DNA from: a virus
Lineage: Duplodnaviria > Caudoviricetes
Direction: 5' to 3' (one strand)
Virus record (IMG/VR): IMGVR_UViG_3300036713_000669
Location: 1 to 30,268 of that record
DNA: 30,268 bases
The position numbers were made by a program, and so were the translations under genes. Under the pieces are notes generated by a model. It was not told the origin of the DNA. It saw nothing but the letters and a program-made list of their open reading frames with translations, and searched no databases. Each line of letters begins with the position of its first letter. Position 1 is the stretch's first letter. This document shows, in pieces, positions 16,693-26,821 of this stretch.

Positions 16693-19491
16693 TCACTTGT
16701 AAACAAAAAACAACTTCTTACCAATTTCGTAAAGAAATTTCTCCAAGTCAAAAGAAATATCAGGACTGATATCAGATGCCATCTCAGTAAGCCCTAATAA
16801 GAATCTATCAGGCTCAAATATTGGTAACCCCTTCATATAAGCCACACATTCGTCAATCATCTTGTCTTTACACACTTCGTAAGTGTCGCGTAGAGTGTTT
16901 CTGGTTTGGGCCGCACTATTTATAGGGTCTTCACGTTCCCCAAGTAAATAAGGCAGATTTTCACCCGAACGATGTAATTGGTAAGTGATTCTTTTACCAA
17001 CAACGTGACGTGTGTTATAAAACCCACCTAATACCCTGTTTTCAAATTCCCCTAACTTACGACTTAGGCCACGGATAGCACCATTTTCTGTTCTAAATTG
17101 CAAACCACCCTCTTCAAAAATCCCTACGTCTTGGGCTAAAGACAAAAGTTTGTTTGAAGACACATGTTTGTCTTCGTGGGTTTCATACCACTGATTGTAG
17201 AAAATTTTCCACACACTCATTTCTAATGAGTCGGTATTGGTCGCATTGTCATAACTAATCGGAGAAAAATCATTAGCCAGTAACACGCTCCCCATAACAT
17301 GGCTCCACTTTTCAAATGAACCTAAAGCACCATATTTATCTACTTTTTCCAACCATTTAGCCCTATCTTTTAGCCAGTTGTTGACCAAAATAAGACAAGA
17401 TAGATTAAGCACGCGGATATTTTCAGTCACCCAGTTATCTAGTGGCGCATGTTTCATACCCTTCCTTAAATGTGGATACTCACACTTGGGGTCTAGTTTT
17501 ATCTCAACTATCCGGCGAGTTAAATCTGTCCCGACGTTAGGATTGTTTGCAGTCAATGCCCAGACGGCGTTATTTTTAACCGCGATTGTTTTTGAACTAC
17601 CTAACAGTCGGTCACTAAAAGAGCGGGTGGTCAACACTAATGAAAGTGCGGGTGCGCTTATCTTTGTGGTGACATTGTCGAAAATAATGTGTGTACTGCC
17701 GCTCAAAAGACGGGAGAATATATTTTTCCGCCATTCCTCATTGGATATACTATCGGGAACTGGGCTTGCACTAACGTCACTATTAAAAACTCTAGCTAAC
17801 TGGACAGCTAAAAGTGACTTACCGCTACCTTGTGTCGTGGCACTAAATAAATGCAGGGGCGTATTGCCGTTAATGAAATTTAAACAGTAAGGCAATAATA
17901 AATAAGATATTGCGATATTGCGGTGATTATTTGATAAAAATGGGAAATTAACCAATAAATGGTTAAGTATCATCGCTTTAGCGAGGGCGACATTGTCGAT
18001 AGTCGGTTCAATTTCTTTGGCTGTGATGCCGTAAACATCCCAATTAAACAATCTATCTTTGGGGTAATAACCCTCGCCCATAATCATATCGCCGTCTTGT
18101 GACACAACGGGTTTGTGAGTTATCTTTTCAAGAGGTGGAAATACTTGTGTATCACTTTGTAAAACACAATCAGCCAATAATCTTGTCGGGGTTGTGTGGG
18201 TAAGCTTTTTATCCTTAGCGTTTTCGGTATAAAACGCAATATATTGTGATGCCTTTAAAAGGATAGCAGGAGCCTCTAGCGGTTCCATACCCGCTATCCC
18301 GCCACAGTCGGATAATGGAGTGAGTTTGACAAGTTGACCACCTTCACGCTGGTAAATCCACTGACTAGCTGGGGCATTTTTCATCCCTTCGCTAATCGAA
18401 TTAATTATTGTGTTTACCTGATGATCTAATTGCGTCCTGTTTAAAACCAGCGGGATTTTTTCTTGACCAGAAGGTTCGGGGCGATGTTCGCTTTCCTGTT
18501 CTTGTGTCGCATTAATGGGAAGGCGGTTTTCACTTGAAGGTGTGTACTCTACCCATCGCAAATCAGACAACACTGTACCTGCCGCGAGTACATCCTCAAT
18601 ATCCCAATGTTCCCCCCAAGAGTCAGGTATTTTTAACATAATCACCGCTATTGCGCCGGCGGCAATTGCCTTTTCTGCAACAACATTGGCGGCTTCAATC
18701 CCTGGTTGATCATTGTCTGGCCATATAGCTAACTTTTTGCCTTTAAGGGGCGAGAAGTCTGTTTTACTTATGGATTTTGCGCCACCTATCGTTGTAGTAG
18801 CAGCCCACCCATCTTTCTTGGATGTGATTTGTAGTGTCGCGATATTGGCGCATTTTTCGCCCTCTAGCCATAACACTGATGAACTATTAATAATATTGGG
18901 GAGATTGTAGAGTGGGCGATGATTTTTGTGGCGGGCTAATCCACCGTATTCCCACCAGTTGCGCTCATTTACGGTCAACACCGTAAATAATTTTTCCCTA
19001 ACCCCAGGGGTTATGTTTGTGTCTAATCTGCAAACCAAGATTTTGACGACACCCTCTTGATCAGAATAAAAGTAAGTCTCGGTGGGCGTTTCATTTTTAT
19101 ATTGAGGTGAAAAAAAGAATTTTTCCGGCAATTTCTGGAAATCTTTTTTTGCAGTTGTGCCTTTGGGGGTTGACACGTCCCGTGAGTTTGTCATAAAATT
19201 CACGCCAAGTTTTTCTGCAAGAGTGAGCATGTTATCACGATAATCAGCGCAGCCATTTAAATAATGGAACAGTTGACATAAATCACTGCCGCGCTCGTTT
19301 ACCGCGAAATCAGCCCATCTCCCAGTTGATAAATTGATTTTAAAAGAGCCTAAGTGTGTATCGTTGCGGGTAGTGTTTAGGGCTACCCACTCTTGCCCCT
19401 CTTGTCTACCAATAGGTAGCCATTGTTTAACAATATCGGGGTTTTGATGCACTACTTTTTTGAGCGTTTCAAAGTCTACATATTTGCTCAT
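16693..19491 (-). CDS. DNA primase-helicase (Toprim + SF3/D5-like P-loop)
   Basis: GSFKINLSTGRWADFA N-domain; Toprim WLEGEK...WPDND.PG; Walker A QGSGKS, IIFDNV, R.LG, TANN, DL.RR. Confidence 0.88.
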   Translation of the reverse strand: MSKYVDFETLKKVVHQNPDIVKQWLPIGRQEGQEWVALNTTRNDTHLGSFKINLSTGRWADFAVNERGSDLCQLFHYLNGCADYRDNMLTLAEKLGVNFMTNSRDVSTPKGTTAKKDFQKLPEKFFFSPQYKNETPTETYFYSDQEGVVKILVCRLDTNITPGVREKLFTVLTVNERNWWEYGGLARHKNHRPLYNLPNIINSSSVLWLEGEKCANIATLQITSKKDGWAATTTIGGAKSISKTDFSPLKGKKLAIWPDNDQPGIEAANVVAEKAIAAGAIAVIMLKIPDSWGEHWDIEDVLAAGTVLSDLRWVEYTPSSENRLPINATQEQESEHRPEPSGQEKIPLVLNRTQLDHQVNTIINSISEGMKNAPASQWIYQREGGQLVKLTPLSDCGGIAGMEPLEAPAILLKASQYIAFYTENAKDKKLTHTTPTRLLADCVLQSDTQVFPPLEKITHKPVVSQDGDMIMGEGYYPKDRLFNWDVYGITAKEIEPTIDNVALAKAMILNHLLVNFPFLSNNHRNIAISYLLLPYCLNFINGNTPLHLFSATTQGSGKSLLAVQLARVFNSDVSASPVPDSISNEEWRKNIFSRLLSGSTHIIFDNVTTKISAPALSLVLTTRSFSDRLLGSSKTIAVKNNAVWALTANNPNVGTDLTRRIVEIKLDPKCEYPHLRKGMKHAPLDNWVTENIRVLNLSCLILVNNWLKDRAKWLEKVDKYGALGSFEKWSHVMGSVLLANDFSPISYDNATNTDSLEMSVWKIFYNQWYETHEDKHVSSNKLLSLAQDVGIFEEGGLQFRTENGAIRGLSRKLGEFENRVLGGFYNTRHVVGKRITYQLHRSGENLPYLLGEREDPINSAAQTRNTLRDTYEVCKDKMIDECVAYMKGLPIFEPDRFLLGLTEMASDISPDISFDLEKFLYEIGKKLFFVYK

Positions 19492-19550
19492 AATTATTAG
19501 GTCACTAGCGTTGAGTGGGGATGCATTGTAACTCTATCGCCACATCGAAA

Positions 19551-19763
19551 TTAATCTCTCAAGATTATTTCGTCGTCCGTCAGTTTAGCAATTAAATTAC
19601 TGTATCGCACGGGGATTAGTTTTTTCTCAAACCACTTACTAGGCGTAGAGCTATGGATGCCCGCAAATTTTGTAAACTCGGCCTGCGAGCCATACTTAAC
19701 AAGCATAGCCATTTTTATTGCCCGGATGTTTCGTTTGGTTAATTTCGTTTGGATAGTTTTCAT
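19551..19763 (-). CDS. Cro-like HTH protein
   Basis: KYGSQAEFTKFAGIHSSTPSKW; first gene of the replication operon; AGGTG RBS. Confidence 0.65.
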   Translation of the reverse strand: MKTIQTKLTKRNIRAIKMAMLVKYGSQAEFTKFAGIHSSTPSKWFEKKLIPVRYSNLIAKLTDDEIILRD

Positions 19764-19812
19764 ATAAACTTCACCTTTATCAAAATAAATCATCATTAAT
19801 CAATCTGGGGCG

Positions 19813-19842
19813 TATAGTAAACTATTTATAGGGGCCAAGTCA
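19813..19842 (-). promoter_or_regulatory. Leftward promoter for the cro-primase operon
   Basis: Minus strand TTGACT-18 bp-TACTAT. Confidence 0.55.
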
Positions 19843-19874
19843 ACCCCTTTTTTGAAAAATTCTAAAAAAAAAAA

Positions 19875-20726
19875 ATGAAATTTAAAATACCCGCTTTGCA
19901 CGCCACTTTTTGGCGTGTGTATGAAAAAATAAATGCTGGACGTGAGAAAAGTATCGCTTGCAAATTTAGTCGCGAAGATAGGACTTTATTGCGGAAAATA
20001 TTAGGTAATCACACATTAAATGATAGTTTGATAAGGGTATCGGGTCTGGCAAAGGAGTATGCGAGTGAGTATGTCGGTGATAGTGAAGTGCATACAGCAT
20101 ATTATAGGTTTATGCGGAGGTTCCAACGAGATAGGATTCCGCATATTATGGTTGGTCGTCAGTTATACACCAAACGTGGTGTCACAAAGTGGAGAGATTT
20201 TAAGTTGACCAAAGCGGAGCGTGTATATTGGACTATATTAATAAAGCTTAATGAAGTGGCAAACAGACGCACCTTGAAATGCCGATTTACAAGATTTGAA
20301 ACTGATTTCCTTTTGAAGACTTTAAAAAACCACCCACTTTACAAAAGCTTAATACCTTTACCGGAGTTTGTGCGTAAACTATTTTTAATAAGGCGAGAAT
20401 ATTTATATAGAAGTCTTTATAACCGTTACATAGGACGGATTAGAAGAGGATATATCCCAGCTTTGAAGGTTGGTGGTAGATGGTTTATGCGTGTAGAGAC
20501 GTTTAAGGAATTTGAATATATTGAACTCAATGGTGGTGAAAAGACCTCACTAAAGCGCGAAACGCGGGAATTTAAAAAAATAGCGAGTATAATAAAAAAA
20601 GAAAATCTTGCCCCCACCCCAGAACTATTGATTACCCGTTTTGAAATGTCGGGCTACAAGAGCTTTCTATTTTTAGAGTATTATGATCATCATCATTTAA
20701 ACATTGAGTCAACGGAGCAACCATAA
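19875..20726 (+). CDS. Basic putative DNA-binding protein with an internal tandem domain duplication
   Basis: Two ~105-aa units each ending in an excisionase/HTH_17-like wing (IPHIMVGRQLY; IPALKVGGRWF). Confidence 0.6.
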   Translation: MKFKIPALHATFWRVYEKINAGREKSIACKFSREDRTLLRKILGNHTLNDSLIRVSGLAKEYASEYVGDSEVHTAYYRFMRRFQRDRIPHIMVGRQLYTKRGVTKWRDFKLTKAERVYWTILIKLNEVANRRTLKCRFTRFETDFLLKTLKNHPLYKSLIPLPEFVRKLFLIRREYLYRSLYNRYIGRIRRGYIPALKVGGRWFMRVETFKEFEYIELNGGEKTSLKRETREFKKIASIIKKENLAPTPELLITRFEMSGYKSFLFLEYYDHHHLNIESTEQP

Positions 20727-20819
20727 AGGATTGCCCCTACAAAAACGGCACTGAAGGTTGGGGCAATCCCTTGTGGTTGTCCAAATTAGCACTCAATAAA
20801 TATATACCAAAGGGCGATA

Positions 20820-21107
20820 ATGCGGAAAAATAAGACTGATAAAAATCAGAAGGCAATTTGTGCTGGTTTGCAAAAGGTAGGAGCCACAGTAGCATACCTG
20901 CAAGGCGTAAAGGGCGGATGCCCTGACTTAATAGTCGGGTATAAGGGCAAAAACTACCTATTTGAAATAAAGAACCCAGAGACAAATGGCCAACTAAATG
21001 ATTTACAAAAAGAATTTTTTGCAAATTGGAAAGGGCAAGTAGTTGTGATCAAAACATTAAAGGAAGCTTATGGATTTCTTGGAATTGAGAGAAACGTTAC
21101 GGCTTAG
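20820..21107 (+). CDS. VRR-NUC / PD-(D/E)xK nuclease (resolvase-like)
   Basis: D.NQ..I, GCPDLIVGY, LFEIK, L...QKEF..W. Confidence 0.85.
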   Translation: MRKNKTDKNQKAICAGLQKVGATVAYLQGVKGGCPDLIVGYKGKNYLFEIKNPETNGQLNDLQKEFFANWKGQVVVIKTLKEAYGFLGIERNVTA

Positions 21108-21678
21108 GTTGGATGCTGTAGGTGCTACTGGTTTTTATAGCGATAGTGAGCTAAACACTTATATCAATAGGGGATTGGTTGCCCTATCTGAGCTCGTGCC
21201 CGTGGCTACAAATATAGTGCTCAACATTACGGCTGGGGAAGCGCGTTATGAAATTTCAGATAATGTGGTGGATGTATCAGGTATCACTCTTAGTAGCGGA
21301 GAGAGTCTAAATTGTGTGCCTGACCTCAGTGTCCCCAGAGAGTATATAGCGGCTGGGCATGATATCGGCACTGTCCCGCGATATTATATAAAGGCTGATC
21401 GGATTATATATATATTTCCAACCCCTGCAATTGATCATACAGCCACTCTTTATTACACAAGATTGGCTACTCCGCTTACATTAAATACTGATGAGCCTGA
21501 GTTAGGCGAAAGATATCATTTTTTGATCATCCATTATGCCGCGTGGCTATGCCTGACTAAAATATCGGCAACCGCAGTTGATGAGACTGCGAAAAATTTC
21601 TTGGCATTAGGGCAATCGGAGTTAGCATTTTTTCAAAGTAACTTTGAGGCAAAAGATGGTTGGGGGTGCAAGAAATGA
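21070..21678 (+). CDS. Head-tail adaptor-like protein (DUF6682-like)
   Basis: FYSDSELNTYIN.G, G.VPRYY, IYIFPTP, PELGERYH..IIHYA. Confidence 0.7.
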   Translation: MDFLELRETLRLRLDAVGATGFYSDSELNTYINRGLVALSELVPVATNIVLNITAGEARYEISDNVVDVSGITLSSGESLNCVPDLSVPREYIAAGHDIGTVPRYYIKADRIIYIFPTPAIDHTATLYYTRLATPLTLNTDEPELGERYHFLIIHYAAWLCLTKISATAVDETAKNFLALGQSELAFFQSNFEAKDGWGCKK

Positions 21679-22283
21679 CGACACATGAGTTATTGGTCTT
21701 GACCAAAACTTTCTTAAAGGATGTGAAATATTTTGATGAGGAAATTTGTGCAATTCTCGATATTGCACAGAGGGAATTTGCATTAAACACTCGTATTTTA
21801 ACTAAACACGTAAATATAGACATATTGGAAGGTGAGCAGGCGTGGGCATATGGTAATGACGTGGTGAAAATTTATAGTGTAATTTTAGCAAGTGAGGATA
21901 AATTACTACAAAGAGTCTCACGGGCTTATTTGAATAAATACTATCCTGATTGGGTATTAACAACCACTAAAGCCACCCCTGATTTATGGATAACCCATAA
22001 TTTTGAGCTGCATTTAAGGGCCCCCGCTATTGCTGACGACACATTGATTTTAACTGCCGCCGTATTGCCAACTGCCACCCTAAGTTGTGCGGATTTGGGC
22101 GCATCCCCAGAAATACCAGTAGCTTATCATATGGCCCTAGTTTGGCATACTTTATCGGTGTTATTAGATGAGCCAAAATACCAAGATAGATATATGCAAA
22201 TGATATGCCATGCACACGGAGCCGAAATAAGAAATTACTCGACTTCAAAGGGCCCACAAGATAATTGGGATAAGGGTTATTAG
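21675..22283 (+). CDS. Second adaptor-like protein
   Basis: LDIAQREFA..TRIL, PEIPVAYH.ALV; ATGA coupling to the previous gene. Confidence 0.65.
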   Translation: MTTHELLVLTKTFLKDVKYFDEEICAILDIAQREFALNTRILTKHVNIDILEGEQAWAYGNDVVKIYSVILASEDKLLQRVSRAYLNKYYPDWVLTTTKATPDLWITHNFELHLRAPAIADDTLILTAAVLPTATLSCADLGASPEIPVAYHMALVWHTLSVLLDEPKYQDRYMQMICHAHGAEIRNYSTSKGPQDNWDKGY

Positions 22284-22285
22284 TT

Positions 22286-22525
22286 ATGATATTTGATAGT
22301 ATTTTCATCTCTCGCGTGTCAGAAGTGCAAGTCAGCGATATAGCTGATAATACCGGTAATTGTGCGGGTTTATATATTGGGAGCGGTGGAGATTTGAAAG
22401 TAGCTTTACAGTCAGGTGATACCGCAGTATTTAAAAACCTTCCAGACAATACCTTTTTGACTGGTTATTTTGCGCGTGTGTTTTCAACCAATACAACATG
22501 CAGCGACATATTAGCAATCTCATAA
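22286..22525 (+). CDS. Second spike-base (Rcc01079-like) paralog
   Basis: GLYIGSGGDLKV...FKNLP...FL.GYF.RVF.T.TT; aligns with 5167-5427. Confidence 0.7.
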   Translation: MIFDSIFISRVSEVQVSDIADNTGNCAGLYIGSGGDLKVALQSGDTAVFKNLPDNTFLTGYFARVFSTNTTCSDILAIS

Positions 22526-22538
22526 GGATGGTTAAATT

Positions 22539-23711
22539 TTGGAAAACAACGTTCTTTTAGGTGAGAAAAGCTTAACAAATACCCCAAACCGCGTAGGCTT
22601 ACAAGTCGCTGAAAATATTGATTTTAGGGCAGGCGGGATAGCGCGACGCGCTGGATGGCAAAAAATTGTAGATATATCAGGGGTTAGGAGTTTTTGTGTT
22701 GCGTCACCAACTTGGGCCCTATTTCAGACTGAAACGGGGTTGTACACATTAAATGCGACGGATTATTCTTATAACCTGGTTGCGACCCTTACTCCGACAA
22801 ATAGGATAACTTGTGTCCAAGCAAATAACGCCATTTGGTGGAGTAATGGGGTTGCAATTGGTTATGTCGATATTTTGACAAACGAAAACACTTTTTTTAT
22901 TCAAAAGCCCGAAAACTTCACTATTGAGTTATTGGTTGGTGGCGGTGATTTAGAGGCGGGTGATTACATGTGTTGCATTTCTTATGCCAGAGAAGATGGA
23001 GTCGGAGGTGTTGGCTCTGATAAAATCACTTTATCTGCATCAGCAGGTGACGGCATACAGTTTTCTTGGGCGGATACAGCACAACCAAATACTGAAACAA
23101 AGGTATTATTTCATATAACCAAAAAAGGTCTTGGCACGCAATATGTAGGTGCAACAATAGACTTTGATGTCGGGTATGGTTATTATCAAAAAGACACATC
23201 TGAACTTGCTGAGTTGTCCACATTTTATGACGCGGCTATCCCAGCGAGTCCAAACTTGGTTTTTTGGGGCCAACGGTTATTAGTGACAAGTGGTAGAAAT
23301 ATCTACTACTCCGCTTTAAATTCATTTGAGAGCAGAGAAAATAATACCGGTGTTTTATTTCCAAGTGATATAAGAAATATGGAAGTTTTATCGGCTACAA
23401 AATTAATAATCAGCACTCAACATACCGTTTATTTATTGCATAGTGACTTCTCTTATAAAACGATAATCAGTGATATAGGCGTGTTTGTTGGTGGCATTTC
23501 TAAAAGGTGCGCGATATTTATAAAAAACGCGGGTAGTGCTTATGCGATAACAGGGTGTTTTTTGTTAAGCGTAAACAATGGCGCAATTTTTATAAAAGAA
23601 ACCGGTGAGTTGTTGAATTTTACAACCAATATATTTAATTATTTAGCATCTTTTGGCCAAAACTGCCGGATAGCAGTTAATAATGGTGAGATTTACTCAA
23701 TCCATTTTTAG
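22539..23711 (+). CDS. Tail/nozzle-like virion protein
   Basis: AENIDF..GG..RRAG N-terminal motif, beta-rich; position after adaptors. Confidence 0.55.
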   Translation: MENNVLLGEKSLTNTPNRVGLQVAENIDFRAGGIARRAGWQKIVDISGVRSFCVASPTWALFQTETGLYTLNATDYSYNLVATLTPTNRITCVQANNAIWWSNGVAIGYVDILTNENTFFIQKPENFTIELLVGGGDLEAGDYMCCISYAREDGVGGVGSDKITLSASAGDGIQFSWADTAQPNTETKVLFHITKKGLGTQYVGATIDFDVGYGYYQKDTSELAELSTFYDAAIPASPNLVFWGQRLLVTSGRNIYYSALNSFESRENNTGVLFPSDIRNMEVLSATKLIISTQHTVYLLHSDFSYKTIISDIGVFVGGISKRCAIFIKNAGSAYAITGCFLLSVNNGAIFIKETGELLNFTTNIFNYLASFGQNCRIAVNNGEIYSIHF

Positions 23712-23720
23712 AGGGAGATT

Positions 23721-24140
23721 ATGTTAAGACGATCTACAGGGTTTAAGAATGCTTTATTGGGCACAAACGCTTTCTCTGCAATTTTAGCAAATTGCTATAT
23801 TAACATTTATTCGGGAACACAACCCGCTAGTGCTGACTCTGCGGCATCTGGCGTGCTATTGATGACAATAACTGCTGATGGAGGCGGGTTAAATTTTGAT
23901 ACTCCGTCAGCAGGTGTAATTGCAAAAGATAGCACTGATTGGTTGGGGACTGGTATTGCGGAGGGAGTAGCTGGATGGTTTCGGTTATATGAAAACACAG
24001 ATGATCCTGCCTTAGCGAGTACAACCAAGGCTAGAATTGATGGGCAAATAGCAATTTCTGGCGCAGAGTGGAATATGTCAAGCACGGCGATTTCAGTAGG
24101 ATCAATTTTGGAGGTTTACTCGTTTACTTATGGGCTTTAA
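23721..24140 (+). CDS. Conserved virion structural protein
   Basis: STGFKNALL, IYSGTQPASAD, GVAGWFRL, RIDG motifs; GAGGGAG RBS. Confidence 0.7.
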   Translation: MLRRSTGFKNALLGTNAFSAILANCYINIYSGTQPASADSAASGVLLMTITADGGGLNFDTPSAGVIAKDSTDWLGTGIAEGVAGWFRLYENTDDPALASTTKARIDGQIAISGAEWNMSSTAISVGSILEVYSFTYGL

Positions 24141-24146
24141 AGAATA

Positions 24147-24782
24147 ATGAATTATGCATTAAGTAACTTTCCATTTAATAGTGGGCTGGGTTTTAAAGAG
24201 CAAGTCACTGTAGTATTGACTGAGCCAGCCCATACAATAACGCTTACAAAGCGTTCTAGTGAAATAAACCTTTCACCTACTACCCCATCAATTAGCTTTG
24301 AGGGCGATATAAGATATGGAGAAGTTAAACGTTTTATCAAGACAACAATAACAGAAAAAATGGAAGTGTACTGCTCCGATTACAAGGCTGATATTAGCGA
24401 TACCTTTACTTCATTAGGTAATTTAGGCGGAGTTATTATTGGTCAGAATAATGATGGGCTTTACGCATTGACAGCTAGTGATGATGAAGGGGCAAGTATT
24501 GATGCCTCCGTAAAAACAACACCGATTGATTTTGATGACGAACAAATTAAATTGATTTTCAGGCTACGGTATATCACGGACTCCGAAAATCTACAGGCGT
24601 TGGTAAGTGTAAACGGCAATGATTACACACTTGATCCATTTTACGCGGGGAGTGGCAACCTTTTTTTTCGTATTGCGGAGCCAGAAAAGGCTCAATTTTA
24701 TGAAATTGGTTTCCAGAATACGGGGGGGGAGGACTTTTTTTTCAATTATTCACAAGTAACATATATTCAGTTTGATAGATAA
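24147..24782 (+). CDS. Putative virion protein
   Basis: Acidic 211-aa ORF in the tail cluster; GLYALT..DDEG..IDA.V.T...DF motif. Confidence 0.55.
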   Translation: MNYALSNFPFNSGLGFKEQVTVVLTEPAHTITLTKRSSEINLSPTTPSISFEGDIRYGEVKRFIKTTITEKMEVYCSDYKADISDTFTSLGNLGGVIIGQNNDGLYALTASDDEGASIDASVKTTPIDFDDEQIKLIFRLRYITDSENLQALVSVNGNDYTLDPFYAGSGNLFFRIAEPEKAQFYEIGFQNTGGEDFFFNYSQVTYIQFDR

Positions 24783-25120
24783 CTTTTACAATACTAGGCG
24801 GTGCTTCGGCCCTGTAGCGGGAGTCGGGCTTTTCTTTTTGCATTTAGATACTGGGCGGTGCTCCGGCCCTGTGGCGGGAGTCGGGCTTTTCTTTTTACAA
24901 TTAGCTGCTGGGCGGTGCTCCGGCCCTGTAGCGGGAGTCGGGCTTTTCTTTTTGCATTTAGATACTGGGCGGTGCTCCGGCCCTGTGGCGGGAGTCAGGC
25001 TTTTCTTTTTACAATTAGCTGCTGGGCGGTGCTCTGGCCCTGTAGCGGAGGTCGGGCTTTTCTTTTTACAATTAGCTGCTGGGCGGTGCTCCGAGCCTGG
25101 GGCCCTTTCTTTTGGCAATG
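24783..25120 (+). repeat. 57-bp tandem repeat array (5 full units + partial)
   Basis: GGCGGTGCT cores every 57 bp from ~24797 to ~25082; each unit is a GC hairpin + TTTTCTTTTT + (G/A)CA(T/A)TTAG box. Confidence 0.95.
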
Positions 25121-25142
25121 TGGAGCTAGGATTGGATAAACT

Positions 25143-26123
25143 ATGGAAACAATTAACCCTGAACAATATGGCGTAGGATATTTAGGGGCATCAAATGCAG
25201 CTAGTATCGCCGGCGTGGGTAGGCACAGCCGTATTGAGATATATTATAGCGTATTGGGGCATAAGCAGGCCCAACCAAGTGCTCCGATAAATTATGCGGA
25301 GATGGGCCATAAATTTGAGGGCGATATAATTCGCCTATTTGAACTACAAAAAAATAAGGTGGTAGTTGATAGGCAGGCTGAGTATACCCATCCTTGCCGC
25401 GATCTAGATGGTTTTCATTTCATCAGGGCCCATATTGACGGAGCAATAAGGGATGCAACCGGAGTCTGTCCAGTTGAAGCAAAACTGGTAAACAAATATG
25501 CAAAAAAAGAATGGATGGAGACATTGCCAATTGATTATTATTATCAAGTGTTGGCGCAAATGATGTTGAGTTGTGCTAAAGTCGGATATATAGCCGCCGC
25601 TTTTGTGGACTGGCAAGCATTGGCAGAGAGTGAGAATTTGGGTTATGCTTTAGATGATTTTGTGATTTTTGAGGTTATGGAAGATAAAGGGATAATGGAA
25701 GAGATTCTAAGCACTCAGATATATTTCTGGGAAAATTATATATATAAAAAAATACCTCCGCCAATCCAACCCGAAAGGGCTGACTATTTACAACAAGTGC
25801 GGTTATTAAAAAAAATGAAGGGCGAAGTTATGGGAGTTTTATCACTTAATGACAATAACGCGAAGCGTGCGGAGATGGTGGCCAAATATAGAGAGTATGA
25901 AGCCATAAAAAATGAGGTTAAATTAATAAATGGTATGCTGCTTTCCTTAAAAAAACAAGAGCGACAAGCGTTAGCTTATATCGAGGAGCAAATGGGTAAT
26001 TTTAAGGAAACTGATGTCATACCAGAACTGGGCGGCAAAATTATTTTTCAGCAAAAAAATAGGCGTGGTTTCACTGTCGCGCCAAATGTGTACTATAAAA
26101 TTGGATTTACGGAGGTGAAATAA
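25143..26123 (+). CDS. YqaJ-family (lambda-exonuclease-like) recombination nuclease
   Basis: LGASNAA.I.G, GHKFE, AHIDG, VEAK, YYYQV..QM, FWENY....PP. Confidence 0.88.
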   Translation: METINPEQYGVGYLGASNAASIAGVGRHSRIEIYYSVLGHKQAQPSAPINYAEMGHKFEGDIIRLFELQKNKVVVDRQAEYTHPCRDLDGFHFIRAHIDGAIRDATGVCPVEAKLVNKYAKKEWMETLPIDYYYQVLAQMMLSCAKVGYIAAAFVDWQALAESENLGYALDDFVIFEVMEDKGIMEEILSTQIYFWENYIYKKIPPPIQPERADYLQQVRLLKKMKGEVMGVLSLNDNNAKRAEMVAKYREYEAIKNEVKLINGMLLSLKKQERQALAYIEEQMGNFKETDVIPELGGKIIFQQKNRRGFTVAPNVYYKIGFTEVK

Positions 26124-26821
26124 TGCAGCAGATGGCGCAAAGCAACACAAGTGGTGGTGCTATAGGAAACACAGCATTAACTGCTTTTAAGGTAATGACA
26201 GAACGATATAAGCCTCAACTGGTTAATACACTCCCAAAACATTTGAGTATAGATAGGTTTTTAGGGGTTGCGTATGAATTGTTAAGAAAAAATCCCAAAC
26301 TTGGATCGTGTAGCCCCGATTCTTTTTTTTCTGCAATATTACGCTGCGCTCAAATCGGCTTAGAACCTGGCGAGTTAGTATATCTTGTCCCATTTAAAGG
26401 GGAGGTATCCACAATTATTGGATACTTGGGATTGTTGGAGCTAGTTTATCGGAGCCAAAAGGTTAAGACAGTGTACGCCGAGGTGGCTTATAAATTTGAT
26501 GTTTTTGACGTGATGCTAGGATCATCTCCGTCAGTTAAGCATATCCCCAAAAATGGGGAGAGGACAAATGAGAATATCATGGCGGTCTATGCGGTCGCTA
26601 AAATCGACGATAGCGTCATTTGTCAGGTCATGTATCTTGATGAGATTATTAACGCTATGCAGCGGAGTGTATCTTGGCGATACGCGGATTCAAAAAATAA
26701 AGATTCAATCTGGCATATGCATTTTGTGCAGATGGCCAAAAAAACAGTACTCCGCCGATTGATCACTTACCTTCCTAAATCTGCGGAAATTATACAAATT
26801 TTACACGATGGGGATAGTTGA
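26123..26821 (+). CDS. recT: RecT single-strand annealing protein
   Basis: LPKH...DRF, NPKL..C...SF, AQIGLEP, YLVPF, IGYLGL.EL..RS, MAKKTVLRRL..YLPKS.E. Confidence 0.92.
   Translation: MQQMAQSNTSGGAIGNTALTAFKVMTERYKPQLVNTLPKHLSIDRFLGVAYELLRKNPKLGSCSPDSFFSAILRCAQIGLEPGELVYLVPFKGEVSTIIGYLGLLELVYRSQKVKTVYAEVAYKFDVFDVMLGSSPSVKHIPKNGERTNENIMAVYAVAKIDDSVICQVMYLDEIINAMQRSVSWRYADSKNKDSIWHMHFVQMAKKTVLRRLITYLPKSAEIIQILHDGDS

Noticed and set aside
24783-25120. 57-bp arrays as CRISPR arrays or integron attC sites
   Set aside because: No unique spacers between units, no GTTRRRY/RYYYAAC box pairs and no integrase.
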